Part shown: positions 6,941 to 16,138 of the stretch, in pieces
How the letters are laid out: every line of letters begins with the position of its first letter
How positions within the stretch are numbered: the stretch's first letter is position 1
Virus record (IMG/VR): IMGVR_UViG_3300025467_000044
Location: 1 to 33,470 of that record
DNA length: 33,470 bases
Source of the DNA: a virus
Lineage: Duplodnaviria > Caudoviricetes
Strand: one strand, 5' to 3'
Notes under the pieces: model-generated
What the model was told of the DNA's origin: nothing
What the model saw: only the letters and a program-made list of their open reading frames with translations
The model's database searches: none
Made by a program: the position numbers and the translations under genes

Positions 6941-6967
6941 AAAACCACATAAGTCGGAAAGTGTCAA
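6941..6967 (-). promoter_or_regulatory. promoter for the 6894-4558 gene block
   Basis: - strand TTGACA-N13-GTGGTTTT, followed by a leader hairpin at 6914-6931. Confidence 0.55.
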
Positions 6968-7884
6968 CTGTCTTTCGAAAGAAGTTGATCGTTCCAATCG
7001 GTATCTGGCACTATTGGTAAATGAACAGTTACAGCCAAGCCTTGGCGTTTAATATTATAGGCTAGTTCATAAGCCTTATATTGGCCTGTGAAGCTTAGAT
7101 CATGGTCTGCAAAGACATGAACCTCTTGGCATACTTTAGGCGGTATCCATTTAGCTAGCTGGTTGGCGTTGAGTGCTGCCCATACTGGCATATTGAAAAG
7201 AATAGAAGCGGATAAGGCTGTTTCTATTCCTTCAGCAATGCCCATCACTTGATTTTCCGAACCAAGGCGAACGGCGGAACCTTCGGGAAGCGAGCCTTGC
7301 ATCACTCTTCGGCCCACTTTATTGCCATGCTCATCAACATAGGTAATGTGAACATTCACAGCCTTGTTGTTAGGTGTAATAACCTTAGATAGCAAAGCAA
7401 AACACTGCAATCGCGTGTCAGGATAAACAATATCCTTGGCAATACGCAGTACTGAAGAAGGCATTTGGAGAGCCATAGAAGCCACCCCTCTGCTGGATAG
7501 GTACTTACCCACTGGATCAGTAGCTGATATAACCCCTGCGCGTTCCCATAGCATCCTCATGCGCCTCAAAAGTTCTTCTTCGCTAAACTGCCGCACCTGC
7601 TTATATTCTATCGTTAAATTGCTTAGATTCCTAATCTTAAAAGCAATGTCAGCAAATGGCATCTTTGTTTTCTTAGATAGCAAAGTAAATCCATCACCCG
7701 CGCCACAGTTTGAACAGAAATAAGTTCCTAAACCATCCCTGTCATCAAACCGCCAGCGATCTTTACCACCACACAATGGGCATGGGCCGTGTCTATTGTT
7801 AAGGTACTTACGATCAATGCCAAACTCAGGCAAGATGGCTTGCCATTTTCCCTTGGCGTATTCCCTGATTTGCTCGCTATGCAT
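6964..7884 (-). CDS. DNA primase (zinc ribbon plus TOPRIM)
   Basis: HGPCPLCGGKDRWRFDD...CSNCGAGDG zinc-binding domain; AEGIETALS, FADHD and DWND TOPRIM motifs. Confidence 0.9.
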   Translation of the reverse strand: MHSEQIREYAKGKWQAILPEFGIDRKYLNNRHGPCPLCGGKDRWRFDDRDGLGTYFCSNCGAGDGFTLLSKKTKMPFADIAFKIRNLSNLTIEYKQVRQFSEEELLRRMRMLWERAGVISATDPVGKYLSSRGVASMALQMPSSVLRIAKDIVYPDTRLQCFALLSKVITPNNKAVNVHITYVDEHGNKVGRRVMQGSLPEGSAVRLGSENQVMGIAEGIETALSASILFNMPVWAALNANQLAKWIPPKVCQEVHVFADHDLSFTGQYKAYELAYNIKRQGLAVTVHLPIVPDTDWNDQLLSKDS

Positions 7885-9355
7885 ATTTCGCTCTCGATTT
7901 TGCTTTGGCTATGTTGCGGTGTTTAATCCATGACGCAGTTGCGGGTTGCAATGGCAATGGGTCTTTGCGGAAGAATTGCTGCGGCTTTTCGTGAAACTTA
8001 TCTTGATAGGCATAGAACGCCCAGCCATCCTTATAACCCTGAATGCGAGCGTATTGGATTAACTCGCGGTAGAACGTCTCCATGAAGGTCGTATCAAATG
8101 TTGGTTTAGCAACTTTCTTGCCCCGTGTTATCTCAAGCAACTCACCTGCGGCATTCTCAACTTTGTTCACAGCCTCAGCCTTAAAACCACATGATGGGCA
8201 GGTCGTTGTTTTAGGTGGTCTAAGGTAATGGCACTTAGGACATTCCTTTGGCAGCAGTGTTGGTTTTTCTCTGGTTGAAGTGTTCTTGCTACCATCGTGC
8301 AGCTTATCGTGGTGGATGTCTGTAACAAAACCCAACCGCAAAGTTGTGTCACTATGGTCTAAGATCAAACAATGATCCTTACCAGCGGCAGTGCGTAATC
8401 CTCTGCCAATGATCTGCGTGTAAAGTATCTCAGACTTTGTTGGGCGGGCTAAGATGATGCAGCGAACATCCCAATCAATGCCAGTCGTCAGCGTTCCAAC
8501 ATTGCAAACGATTTTGATTTGACCAAGCGCAAACTTATTTGCAATCTCTGTGCGTTCAGTCATATCAGTAAAAGCATCTTGATACGCAGTCGGTATGCCA
8601 GCCGCTTCAAACTCTTTTTGCAAGTGTTTAGCATGGAGGCGATTAACGCAAAAGCAAAGTGTTGGTCTATATTCCGCCTTCTCAATCCATGTCGAGACAA
8701 TATCTGCAACCAATGGCTGCTTATCCATCGCCTCACCTAAACCCTTCAACTCGTAATCGCCTGCCACAGTTTTAACACCGCGCAGATCGGGATGGCTTGG
8801 CGCAAATACCTTAAAATCACACAGATGCCCAAGTTCGATCAACTTTTGAGTTGTTGTGCAAACAATCAGATCATCCCAGATCTTGCCCATACCCTTCGCC
8901 CATGGCGTTGCGGTTAGGCCAATGATCGGTATGTCCTGCCACTCAGGCATTGCGAACCATTTAGTGTAAAACTCAAACGTCACATGGCATTCATCAATGA
9001 TGGCAATATCGAATAACCTAAGCTGACGGCGCATAAGTGTTTGAACCGATGCCACTTGCACCTGCGCTTTCGGATTAGTCAGTTCATGGTCGGCTTGAAT
9101 AACGCCAATCTCGTTGGCAGGGATTCCGTTTTGGATAAATCTCTCGACAGTCTGGTCAATCAAGCTAATTGCGGGAACGCAGAAAATAACACGCCCGTTG
9201 TTTTCCCTAGCCAGACGAACGACTGAGGCAGCCATCACAGTCTTTCCTGCGCCTGTAGGCGCTTGAACAACTGGTCTGCGTTTGCCCGATTTAATCGCTT
9301 CTCTTAGCGCATCAATGGTTTCAAGCTGGTAGTCGCGTAATTGTATATCAAACAT
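7877..9355 (-). CDS. superfamily II DNA helicase (RadD/YejH-like) with C-terminal zinc ribbon
   Basis: LRDYQ, APTGAGKT, DECH, GLTATP, QIIGRGLR motifs; CPKC...CPSCG. Confidence 0.92.
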   Translation of the reverse strand: MFDIQLRDYQLETIDALREAIKSGKRRPVVQAPTGAGKTVMAASVVRLARENNGRVIFCVPAISLIDQTVERFIQNGIPANEIGVIQADHELTNPKAQVQVASVQTLMRRQLRLFDIAIIDECHVTFEFYTKWFAMPEWQDIPIIGLTATPWAKGMGKIWDDLIVCTTTQKLIELGHLCDFKVFAPSHPDLRGVKTVAGDYELKGLGEAMDKQPLVADIVSTWIEKAEYRPTLCFCVNRLHAKHLQKEFEAAGIPTAYQDAFTDMTERTEIANKFALGQIKIVCNVGTLTTGIDWDVRCIILARPTKSEILYTQIIGRGLRTAAGKDHCLILDHSDTTLRLGFVTDIHHDKLHDGSKNTSTREKPTLLPKECPKCHYLRPPKTTTCPSCGFKAEAVNKVENAAGELLEITRGKKVAKPTFDTTFMETFYRELIQYARIQGYKDGWAFYAYQDKFHEKPQQFFRKDPLPLQPATASWIKHRNIAKAKSRAKYA

Positions 9356-9366
9356 GGCAATATCCC

Positions 9367-9560
9367 CTATATGTAATTATATATATTATATTTATTATAG
9401 ATATATAATACTCTTAGGTAATTATAAATACTCTTAGGTAAGTATAATATATATAATATATTCTCTCTGGAATGGATAAGAATAGTTATATAGTACTGTA
9501 TAGTAGTAGTTATATACTCAATGGTTAATATAGTAGTATTATATATAATATATAATATAT
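9367..9560. other. AT-rich putative replication origin
   Basis: Very AT-rich TA-repetitive tract directly upstream of helicase/primase, with AATACTCTTAGGTAA repeated at 9407-9421 and 9427-9441. Confidence 0.5.
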
Positions 9561-9704
9561 AGGGCATAGTTAGACTCCTAAGTAAACTATTGTCGTGCTG
9601 CCGCTTATCATGTATTATTGCTATGTTAGGGACTGGCAGGTCGCTAAGCATAGTTTGTGGTCTGATTAGCTGCACACTGGTCAGACCACCGACCTAAATC
9701 CGTA

Positions 9705-10394
9705 TCACTGATTTGCGCCTTCAACAAGCTTAACTACAAAATTCAACAAAAGCTTGTGATGTTCGCCGTTGTGCCAATGCTTGGCAAGGTATTTCTTGTC
9801 ATACCAATTCTGCTGGCTTTCGGGATGGCAGCCAATCAAGCCGACATTCCCCTGAATGATTGCCATAGGATCGCCGTTTACATACCGCGCAACTACCTCA
9901 GCAATACCAACGCCCTCAAAGGCGCACCCATCGTAGAAGAACATCTGGAGGCTAACACCATACCAGAACACATCGGCGATGGTGCTGTACGACCTTCTAA
10001 TGTCGCTGTCGGGGCGTTTGATATACTGGACTGGTTCAAGATCTGCCAAAAGATCAAAATAATTCCTTCCAGCCCAGTAAGCACCCATGCAAATGCCAAG
10101 GTAGCAACCACCGCTGGCTACATACTCAGCAATGATGTTCCCTTCCCGTCTCTTAAAAAAATCATAGTACTTATCAGCATCCCCTATGCCTCCCCCAAAT
10201 GCCACAACATCAACGCCGTTTAAGGTGCTGAAATTAAACTGGCTTTCGTCAAAGATTTTGACATCATAATGGGGTGAAAAGATACCAACCATAGCCTCAC
10301 AGCATTCCTGCGAACACTCAGGGTCATGCTGAAATATAGCCATGCTTCTACGACCACGATTGGTCAGAAGCTTTTTTGATTGATACCCAGACAT
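9705..10394 (-). CDS. BPL_N-like (class I glutamine amidotransferase fold) protein
   Basis: FGGG, GGCYLGICMGAYWAG nucleophile elbow, GCHPE; start probably at MSGYQSKK. Confidence 0.8.
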   Translation of the reverse strand: MSGYQSKKLLTNRGRRSMAIFQHDPECSQECCEAMVGIFSPHYDVKIFDESQFNFSTLNGVDVVAFGGGIGDADKYYDFFKRREGNIIAEYVASGGCYLGICMGAYWAGRNYFDLLADLEPVQYIKRPDSDIRRSYSTIADVFWYGVSLQMFFYDGCAFEGVGIAEVVARYVNGDPMAIIQGNVGLIGCHPESQQNWYDKKYLAKHWHNGEHHKLLLNFVVKLVEGANQ

Positions 10395-10398
10395 AATT

Positions 10399-10593
10399 TT
10401 ACCGCCTCGTATGCAAAATAGCATAACACTCGTATTCTTTATGCCCATCATCTAAGCATTGTTGATTATATTTGTTAACTTGAGCAAAATGACCTATACT
10501 TCCGAAAATTACTGCAATTACAAAAATAACAATTATACTTACAGCAATTTTAAGAATATATTTATCCAATAAATCCTCAAATGTTCCCATCAT
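10399..10593 (-). CDS. small membrane protein
   Basis: One hydrophobic segment, then C-terminal C...C. Confidence 0.6.
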   Translation of the reverse strand: MMGTFEDLLDKYILKIAVSIIVIFVIAVIFGSIGHFAQVNKYNQQCLDDGHKEYECYAILHTRR

Positions 10594-10907
10594 TTAATCC
10601 TTTTCAATCGTGCTTCCATCATTGCATCAGCGATTTCATAAGCACGTTCAGCTTGTCGCTCTACGGAAGCATTGGTCCTAAAAGATGTAAATGCTGCCAT
10701 TGCAAAGCGGTCACGCATAGTTTCAGTATGAACTTGCATTCGTGGACTAGTAATATTGGTAATATTGTTCCCCAGAGATGATTCCAGTTCCTCAATGCGA
10801 TTAGCGGCTTCGTCAAATAAATCAGAACTTAATGTGAAATTTTGATTTTTTGGATCACGAATCCATTGTTCAAAATTACGCAGTTGTTTAACGATATCCT
10901 GAGTCAT
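10590..10907 (-). CDS. hypothetical phage protein
   Basis: EAANRIEELE and MRDRFAMAA...AYEIADAMMEAR motifs common in phage small proteins. Confidence 0.75.
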   Translation of the reverse strand: MTQDIVKQLRNFEQWIRDPKNQNFTLSSDLFDEAANRIEELESSLGNNITNITSPRMQVHTETMRDRFAMAAFTSFRTNASVERQAERAYEIADAMMEARLKRIK

Positions 10908-10931
10908 TTTTCATCGTCCTTTTTTTCAAGA

Positions 10932-11144
10932 TCAATCATTTTTTATCTCCTTCTCATCTAATTCTTCACGCATATCTTTTATGGTCTGCTCTAATACTTC
11001 AACTTCTTTCTTTAAATATTCATTCTCTGTATATGCCCTTAAAATGTCAGCAGTCATTTGTTCAACCGCATCCTTTTTAATAAGCACATACCCATCATTC
11101 ATCATTTGCTGGTATGTTATTTGCCATTGCGCCATGTTCATCAC
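10932..11144 (-). CDS. hypothetical coiled-coil protein
   Basis: 70 aa ORF within the operon. Confidence 0.6.
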   Translation of the reverse strand: MMNMAQWQITYQQMMNDGYVLIKKDAVEQMTADILRAYTENEYLKKEVEVLEQTIKDMREELDEKEIKND

Positions 11145-11364
11145 TCTCTAACGTATAACTAATTAACTGGCGGGCATCACCTATGCGAATTGCCTCTGGT
11201 TTGGTTTCATCTCTAAGTATTCTATCAATTTCAATCATAATGAACTTAAAGATGCGGTTGCTGACATATAAACGTGCAATTTCTTCCTTTGCCAAGGGAT
11301 AAGTGGCAAATGGGTCGCGCTTCATGTTCCTGAAAAGTTTATCTTCGTTCATCTCTATTTCCAT
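11095..11364 (-). CDS. hypothetical protein
   Basis: 89 aa ORF with GGAG RBS. Confidence 0.6.
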   Translation of the reverse strand: MEIEMNEDKLFRNMKRDPFATYPLAKEEIARLYVSNRIFKFIMIEIDRILRDETKPEAIRIGDARQLISYTLESDEHGAMANNIPANDE

Positions 11365-11400
11365 TTCGGTAACTCCAACAAGTGGAGATTTGATTAAGTG

Positions 11401-11628
11401 TTATTTGATACGTTTTGTCAACCCAAATAATTCTATCAACTCTGTTTCCGATAAATAGGATAAATAATCCTTTAATTCCTCGTAGCTTGGCTTTTGGTTT
11501 TTACGCATAAAAGCCATGATTTTGACTGGGTCCAACCCAGCCATTTTAGTCAAGCTTTCTAATTCTTTAAGATCGTCTGTAACGGCTGATAATCTGTCAG
11601 CTAGGTCAGCTATTGTCGTAGCCTTCAT
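11401..11628 (-). CDS. hypothetical protein
   Basis: ORF probably starting at MKATT, overlapping the end of rusA. Confidence 0.6.
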   Translation of the reverse strand: MKATTIADLADRLSAVTDDLKELESLTKMAGLDPVKIMAFMRKNQKPSYEELKDYLSYLSETELIELFGLTKRIK

Positions 11629-11974
11629 CAAGCGTCTCCACAATGATCAAAAAGGGCGGGCCTTCCTCAACCCACTTCGCTTCAAGCCATTGGCATTGGC
11701 AATCATCTGCCACGACGCCTCCAGACTGTAATGCATCATTTACCGCTTTTGAGGATATGTTGTCTATATCTCTTTTGCGCTTATCTGGCTTTTTTGCCAA
11801 GACAGTCAATTTATAAAAGGATGTAATTGTTTTAACCCGTTCCAGAGAGAAAACTGCATGAGCCTGGGTAATCCAGTCAGTATATTCCTTGGATCGGTAA
11901 AGACCTTTGCCTCGCCCCCTGCGCCAAAGCCTATTAATAGATGGCGGACGGGGAACTTCAAACCTTACTATCAA
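11606..11974 (-). CDS. rusA: RusA-like Holliday junction resolvase
   Basis: PPSINRLWR...PDKRKRDIDN..K...DALQ..GV.ADD catalytic motif. Confidence 0.88.
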   Translation of the reverse strand: MIVRFEVPRPPSINRLWRRGRGKGLYRSKEYTDWITQAHAVFSLERVKTITSFYKLTVLAKKPDKRKRDIDNISSKAVNDALQSGGVVADDCQCQWLEAKWVEEGPPFLIIVETLDEGYDNS

Positions 11975-12158
11975 AGATGTCTGGCCTTAATTCTTCAGGT
12001 GTCATCTTCGACATCTTGGCAATAACATGAACGTGTTCTACGGGAATCTGTCTCCATTTGGATACAGCTTGCCGTGTAATTCCAAGCTTTCGGGCCAGAT
12101 TGGACAAATTGCCGTTACGGGCGAACACAGTGGTAAGGATAGGGTTTCTTTCTTTCAT
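11958..12158 (-). CDS. Cro-like (YdaS-type) HTH regulator
   Basis: LARKLGITRQAVSKW...IP...LRPDIF. Confidence 0.85.
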   Translation of the reverse strand: MKERNPILTTVFARNGNLSNLARKLGITRQAVSKWRQIPVEHVHVIAKMSKMTPEELRPDIFDSKV

Positions 12159-12164
12159 TCTCCT

Positions 12165-12229
12165 AAAATGGCCAAGTATAAATAAATAGTCAACAGCTAA
12201 TTGACAGGGGGTGCAAAATAATTCATAGT
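12165..12229. promoter_or_regulatory. back-to-back divergent promoters with operator-like palindrome
   Basis: + strand TTGACA (12201)-17-CATAGT; - strand TTGACT (12193)-17-CATTTT; the two -35 elements form GTCAA-N7-TTGAC. Confidence 0.65.
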
Positions 12230-12258
12230 CGCTTCATTGATTGATATGGAGAAACGAT

Positions 12259-12579
12259 ATGCAGAAGTTTTATCTACCTATATCCAGTAGTCACTTGCCA
12301 CCCAAGTCACCACTTGGATTTATCTACGAACATGAAACATACCTTAGCATTAACAAGGTTGTATCTGATATTTATGACCAGCAGATCGAAAACATTATCC
12401 ATGTTTATGAAATTGATCCTCAACGTGGGACTGTCCACGATGTGATGGTTGACATCTGCGAACTTATACGTCAGAGATACATTATTGATTTGCCATACAT
12501 CGAAGATGGCAAGTACGAAATTGAAGCATTATTAGATCAACACCAACCAACATGGAGATACGATTATGAAAATGTCTGA
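12259..12579 (+). CDS. hypothetical protein
   Basis: First ORF of the rightward operon; GGAGA RBS before MQKFY. Confidence 0.7.
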   Translation: MQKFYLPISSSHLPPKSPLGFIYEHETYLSINKVVSDIYDQQIENIIHVYEIDPQRGTVHDVMVDICELIRQRYIIDLPYIEDGKYEIEALLDQHQPTWRYDYENV

Positions 12580-13147
12580 AACAATCGCAGAACTTGCCAC
12601 CGCATTATCTAAGGCACAAGGCCAGATTGAGGCTGCGTCCAAAGGTTCTGTAAATCCACACTTCAAAAGCAGATACGCTGATCTTAATTCACTGCGTGAT
12701 GCAATCCGTGAACCATTGGCAGTCAATGACCTTTCAATCATTCAGCTTCCTCGTGTGGACGGCAATCACGTAGAAGTTGAGACAATGCTTCTTCATAAAT
12801 CAGGAGAATACATTGCTGAAACATTACGGATGCCATTCGGACAAAATAACGCACAGGCTATCGGGTCCGCTCTTACTTACTGCCGCCGTTATAGCTTGGG
12901 CAGCTTGCTTAACCTGTCTGCTGATGATGATGATGGTAATGCTGCCGTTGCGTTATCTGGGAAACAAGATAGCCAAGGAAGTTCTAAAGCTGAACATTCT
13001 AATATCAAGGATGAAGCAAAGAAAATAGCACAGGATGGCACAGAAGCTTTAACTGTGTGGTGGAATAACCTCACCAAAGAAAGCCGCGAATCATTTTCTA
13101 AAGATGATCTTGCAGAATTGAAAAAGATAGCTTCAAAGGTAATCTAA
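12566..13147 (+). CDS. erf: ERF-family single-strand annealing protein
   Basis: NPHFKSRYADL...QAIGSALTYCRRYSL...DDDGN. Confidence 0.9.
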   Translation: MKMSETIAELATALSKAQGQIEAASKGSVNPHFKSRYADLNSLRDAIREPLAVNDLSIIQLPRVDGNHVEVETMLLHKSGEYIAETLRMPFGQNNAQAIGSALTYCRRYSLGSLLNLSADDDDGNAAVALSGKQDSQGSSKAEHSNIKDEAKKIAQDGTEALTVWWNNLTKESRESFSKDDLAELKKIASKVI

Positions 13148-13776
13148 TGTCTGGATTTAATGATCAGCGCACACCTGAGTGGTTTGCTCAACGATGCGGT
13201 AAAGTTACCGCCAGCCGTGTGGCTGACATTTGCGGAAAAACGAAGAGCGGGTATTCGTCTACTCGCGCTTCGTACATGGCAGAGTTATTGGCGGAGCGTT
13301 TGTCTGGTACACCTACGCAGAAGTTTCAATCTCAAGCCATGATGTGGGGGACAGAGTACGAGGATGAGGCACGCAGTGAGTATGAAAAACGCACTGGGTG
13401 TCTTGTAGAGGGAATCGGCTTTGTCCCCCATCCATCCCTTCAGTGGGCTGGCGCATCGCCTGATGGATTGGTGGGTAAAAATGGTCTTATCGAAATTAAA
13501 TGTCCTAATACCAGCACTCACCTTGCAACATTAGAAGATAATGAAATACCATCTAAGTATGTGTTCCAGATTTTTTGGCAAATGGAATGTATGGGGGTAG
13601 ATCGCCAATGGTGCGATTTTATCTCATATGACCCACGCTTGCCTGAAAACCTGCGTTTGTTTGTTAAGAGAATAGATCGAGACGACAATCGCATTACCGA
13701 AATTCGTAACGAAGTCATTCTATTTTTGGATGAGATTGAAGCGAAGATAACCAAACTAAATGCACTATTTAAATAG
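13147..13776 (+). CDS. YqaJ/lambda-type exonuclease
   Basis: QRTPEWFAQRCGKVTAS, WG...E, ASPDGLV...EIKCP, QIFWQM. Confidence 0.92.
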   Translation: MSGFNDQRTPEWFAQRCGKVTASRVADICGKTKSGYSSTRASYMAELLAERLSGTPTQKFQSQAMMWGTEYEDEARSEYEKRTGCLVEGIGFVPHPSLQWAGASPDGLVGKNGLIEIKCPNTSTHLATLEDNEIPSKYVFQIFWQMECMGVDRQWCDFISYDPRLPENLRLFVKRIDRDDNRITEIRNEVILFLDEIEAKITKLNALFK

Positions 13777-13785
13777 GAGAAAAGT

Positions 13786-14070
13786 ATGGCGTACGAAAGC
13801 AATGTTAACTGGATTAATGTTTTTCGAAATAAGTATAAGTCTGGCGATAAGCAGCCAGATTTTAAGGAAAACAACAAAAACAATAACCAAATTGAAGTTG
13901 AATGCCCGCATTGCAATAAGACATCAATTATGGATGTTGCTGTTGCTGTATGGGAGAAAACAACCAAGGCTGGAGAAACTTATTTTTCCATTAAGTTTGG
14001 CAAAAAATATGTAAAGCCAGACCAATTTCCACAGGAAAACAACGGCCCTGTCGATAGCATTCCATTCTGA
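13786..14070 (+). CDS. putative single-stranded DNA-binding protein
   Basis: Follows ERF and exonuclease; K..DKQPDF...AVW...YFSIKF pattern and C-terminal DSIPF tail. Confidence 0.55.
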   Translation: MAYESNVNWINVFRNKYKSGDKQPDFKENNKNNNQIEVECPHCNKTSIMDVAVAVWEKTTKAGETYFSIKFGKKYVKPDQFPQENNGPVDSIPF

Positions 14071-14071
14071 T

Positions 14072-14536
14072 ATGACAATACTTGAGACACCAAAGGAAAA
14101 GCCAAAACGTGATCAGTCACGCGCATTTGATTTGTGGTTATCCAAATATCCGCAACTTAAGCCAACCCAGACAAGCCAAAACGAATGGTTGTTTGGAGAA
14201 ATGCGTAAGGACGGCAAAATTGTTAGCGCAATAAACTTTACCATGATGCCAGATTTTATCGACCATAATGGAGATGATAGCTGGGGTGGCATAGAGTGGG
14301 TCAGAAACATAGATGTAGAAACTTTTCTTATATCTATCCAGTTTGGCAGCCAATACGGCGTTCCTTTGGTGCATCTCTTGTATTTTCCCTTTACTGATAC
14401 TCTTATGTTTCAAACCATTTGGAAAGATGGCATTAAAACAGAAGTAAAGTTTGAGGAGAATAATAAATATAAAAATGGGTTAGCTAAAGTTTACTTTACC
14501 TCTCCTAAACTTATTGAGGGTGATGATGAGAAATAA
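14072..14536 (+). CDS. hypothetical protein
   Basis: 154 aa ORF within the operon. Confidence 0.7.
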   Translation: MTILETPKEKPKRDQSRAFDLWLSKYPQLKPTQTSQNEWLFGEMRKDGKIVSAINFTMMPDFIDHNGDDSWGGIEWVRNIDVETFLISIQFGSQYGVPLVHLLYFPFTDTLMFQTIWKDGIKTEVKFEENNKYKNGLAKVYFTSPKLIEGDDEK

Positions 14537-14846
14537 TAATATACCATTATCTGAGCAATTCAGGTTAATTTCCGAAAAATGGGTTGAAGCAGAAACAGCC
14601 GCATCACTTCTTGAGGAAACAAAATCTGCTGTTCTATCCAAGATGATGGCAGATCTTGGTGATATACCAGTCAGTAGAGCAGAAATGAGAATAAAAGCGA
14701 CACAAGATTGGCGTGATTACATTGAGAAAATGGTTGAGGCTAGATCGCAAGCATCTATGCTCAAAGTTGAAATGGAATTCATAAAAATGCAATTCTCTGA
14801 ATGGCAATCGCGTGAAGCTACAAAAAGAGCAGAAATGAAATTGTAG
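14523..14846 (+). CDS. hypothetical helical/coiled-coil phage protein
   Basis: All-helical ORF ending WQSREATKRAEMKL. Confidence 0.75.
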   Translation: MMRNNNIPLSEQFRLISEKWVEAETAASLLEETKSAVLSKMMADLGDIPVSRAEMRIKATQDWRDYIEKMVEARSQASMLKVEMEFIKMQFSEWQSREATKRAEMKL

Positions 14847-14855
14847 GAGTTAAAT

Positions 14856-15119
14856 ATGAATGATGCTAACCTATACCAGATAACACCTGATCAAATTGAT
14901 GAACTTCGTGAAGTTGTTGTTCAAATGTCTGATGTGTTTGAGGGACATGAACTTGATGTTGTTATGGTTGCTTTAAACACAATAGTTGTAAGCACTATAA
15001 TGTCTCATGTGCCAGAAGCTTATCAAAGATATTCAGCGCAAACATTTATGAACACATTTATGATTACAATGGCAAATTCAGGAGTTAACTTATATCCCGA
15101 CAAGGAATATATAAATTGA
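14856..15119 (+). CDS. hypothetical protein
   Basis: 87 aa with AGGAG RBS. Confidence 0.7.
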   Translation: MNDANLYQITPDQIDELREVVVQMSDVFEGHELDVVMVALNTIVVSTIMSHVPEAYQRYSAQTFMNTFMITMANSGVNLYPDKEYIN

Positions 15120-15466
15120 AACGAGTTAAAATAACCACCTCTATGCGGGTGAAAATATTTGAGAAAGATAACGGCATCTGCCATATGTGCAAACTTAAGG
15201 TAGATGCTGGTCAGGAATGGGATGTATCACATGAAATTCCTTTGGAAGCTGGCGGTAAGGACGATATTTCTAATTGGTTTGTGGCACATCGCAAATGCCA
15301 CAGGCATCATACCGCCACTGTTGACATGCCACTCATAGCTAAAGTAAAGCGTATAAGGGCAAAGAATATGGGTGCTAAGAAGACAAGATCGCCCATGCCA
15401 ATGGGTAAAAACTCCAAGTGGAAAAAACGAATGGATGGAACTGTAGTTAGGAGAGATAAAGAATGA
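15116..15466 (+). CDS. HNH endonuclease
   Basis: CHMC...WDVSHEIPLEAGGKDDISN...AHRKCHRHHT. Confidence 0.85.
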   Translation: MKRVKITTSMRVKIFEKDNGICHMCKLKVDAGQEWDVSHEIPLEAGGKDDISNWFVAHRKCHRHHTATVDMPLIAKVKRIRAKNMGAKKTRSPMPMGKNSKWKKRMDGTVVRRDKE

Positions 15467-15783
15467 AATTTTTGTTCACCATGAATATGCCATCAGCAAC
15501 GGACAATCTTGTTCACCAGATTATTGGTGACGTTGATGGTGCGAATAGCATTGATGATTTGAAATATATGTTGAACCATGCAGATTTTATCAAAATCCGC
15601 CAATTCTACAGTCATCGCACACCCAACAATGAAAAGAGATTGGAGGATCGCGGCGACATGATCATCAATGTGCAACATATCGGTAAAACACAAGAGTATT
15701 TAGAGGGTAAAATACATGACGCCTACAATGATGCTGGAAGAAGCGGCCCGTATTCTGAAAGAGCGGAGCGAACAATACGGTAG
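15463..15783 (+). CDS. hypothetical protein
   Basis: 106 aa with ATGA overlap. Confidence 0.7.
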   Translation: MKFLFTMNMPSATDNLVHQIIGDVDGANSIDDLKYMLNHADFIKIRQFYSHRTPNNEKRLEDRGDMIINVQHIGKTQEYLEGKIHDAYNDAGRSGPYSERAERTIR

Positions 15784-16138
15784 CGCAGACGAATGTTTTG
15801 ACCGCATCAGTAAGTTAGCGTCAATTATTCTTAACAAAGAGATTACCAAGTACGATGTTGCTATGATCCACGTGGCAACAAAGCTTGGTCGGCTGCAAGA
15901 AACTCGGTGGCTGGACGACAACTATATTGATGGTGTAAACTACTTGGCTTTCGCGGCGCAATTCATAAATGCCCGTGGGAAGAACAGTAAACCTGATAAC
16001 GCAACGGAGGATGACGGCGTTATTGAAATGGCGCGGAAGCTAGCGCCAACACCTAGACGAGAGGAGAAACCTCGTGAGAAAAATAGTACCCCTAGCACTT
16101 TTGCTAGTGACGGCATCTACACAGGTGTCCAAAGCTGA
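15716..16138 (+). CDS. DUF6378-like protein
   Basis: LEEAARIL.ER..QYG....F.RI..L...DVAM....KL.R......DNYIDGVNY. Confidence 0.75.
   Translation: MTPTMMLEEAARILKERSEQYGSADECFDRISKLASIILNKEITKYDVAMIHVATKLGRLQETRWLDDNYIDGVNYLAFAAQFINARGKNSKPDNATEDDGVIEMARKLAPTPRREEKPREKNSTPSTFASDGIYTGVQS

Noticed and set aside
9367-9675. 102 aa I/Y-rich ORF
   Set aside because: Translation of low-complexity TA sequence; better explained as an origin-like tract.
15116-15466. HNH as an intron-borne or mobile homing element
   Set aside because: It is translationally coupled within the operon and interrupts no gene; no intron features were seen.
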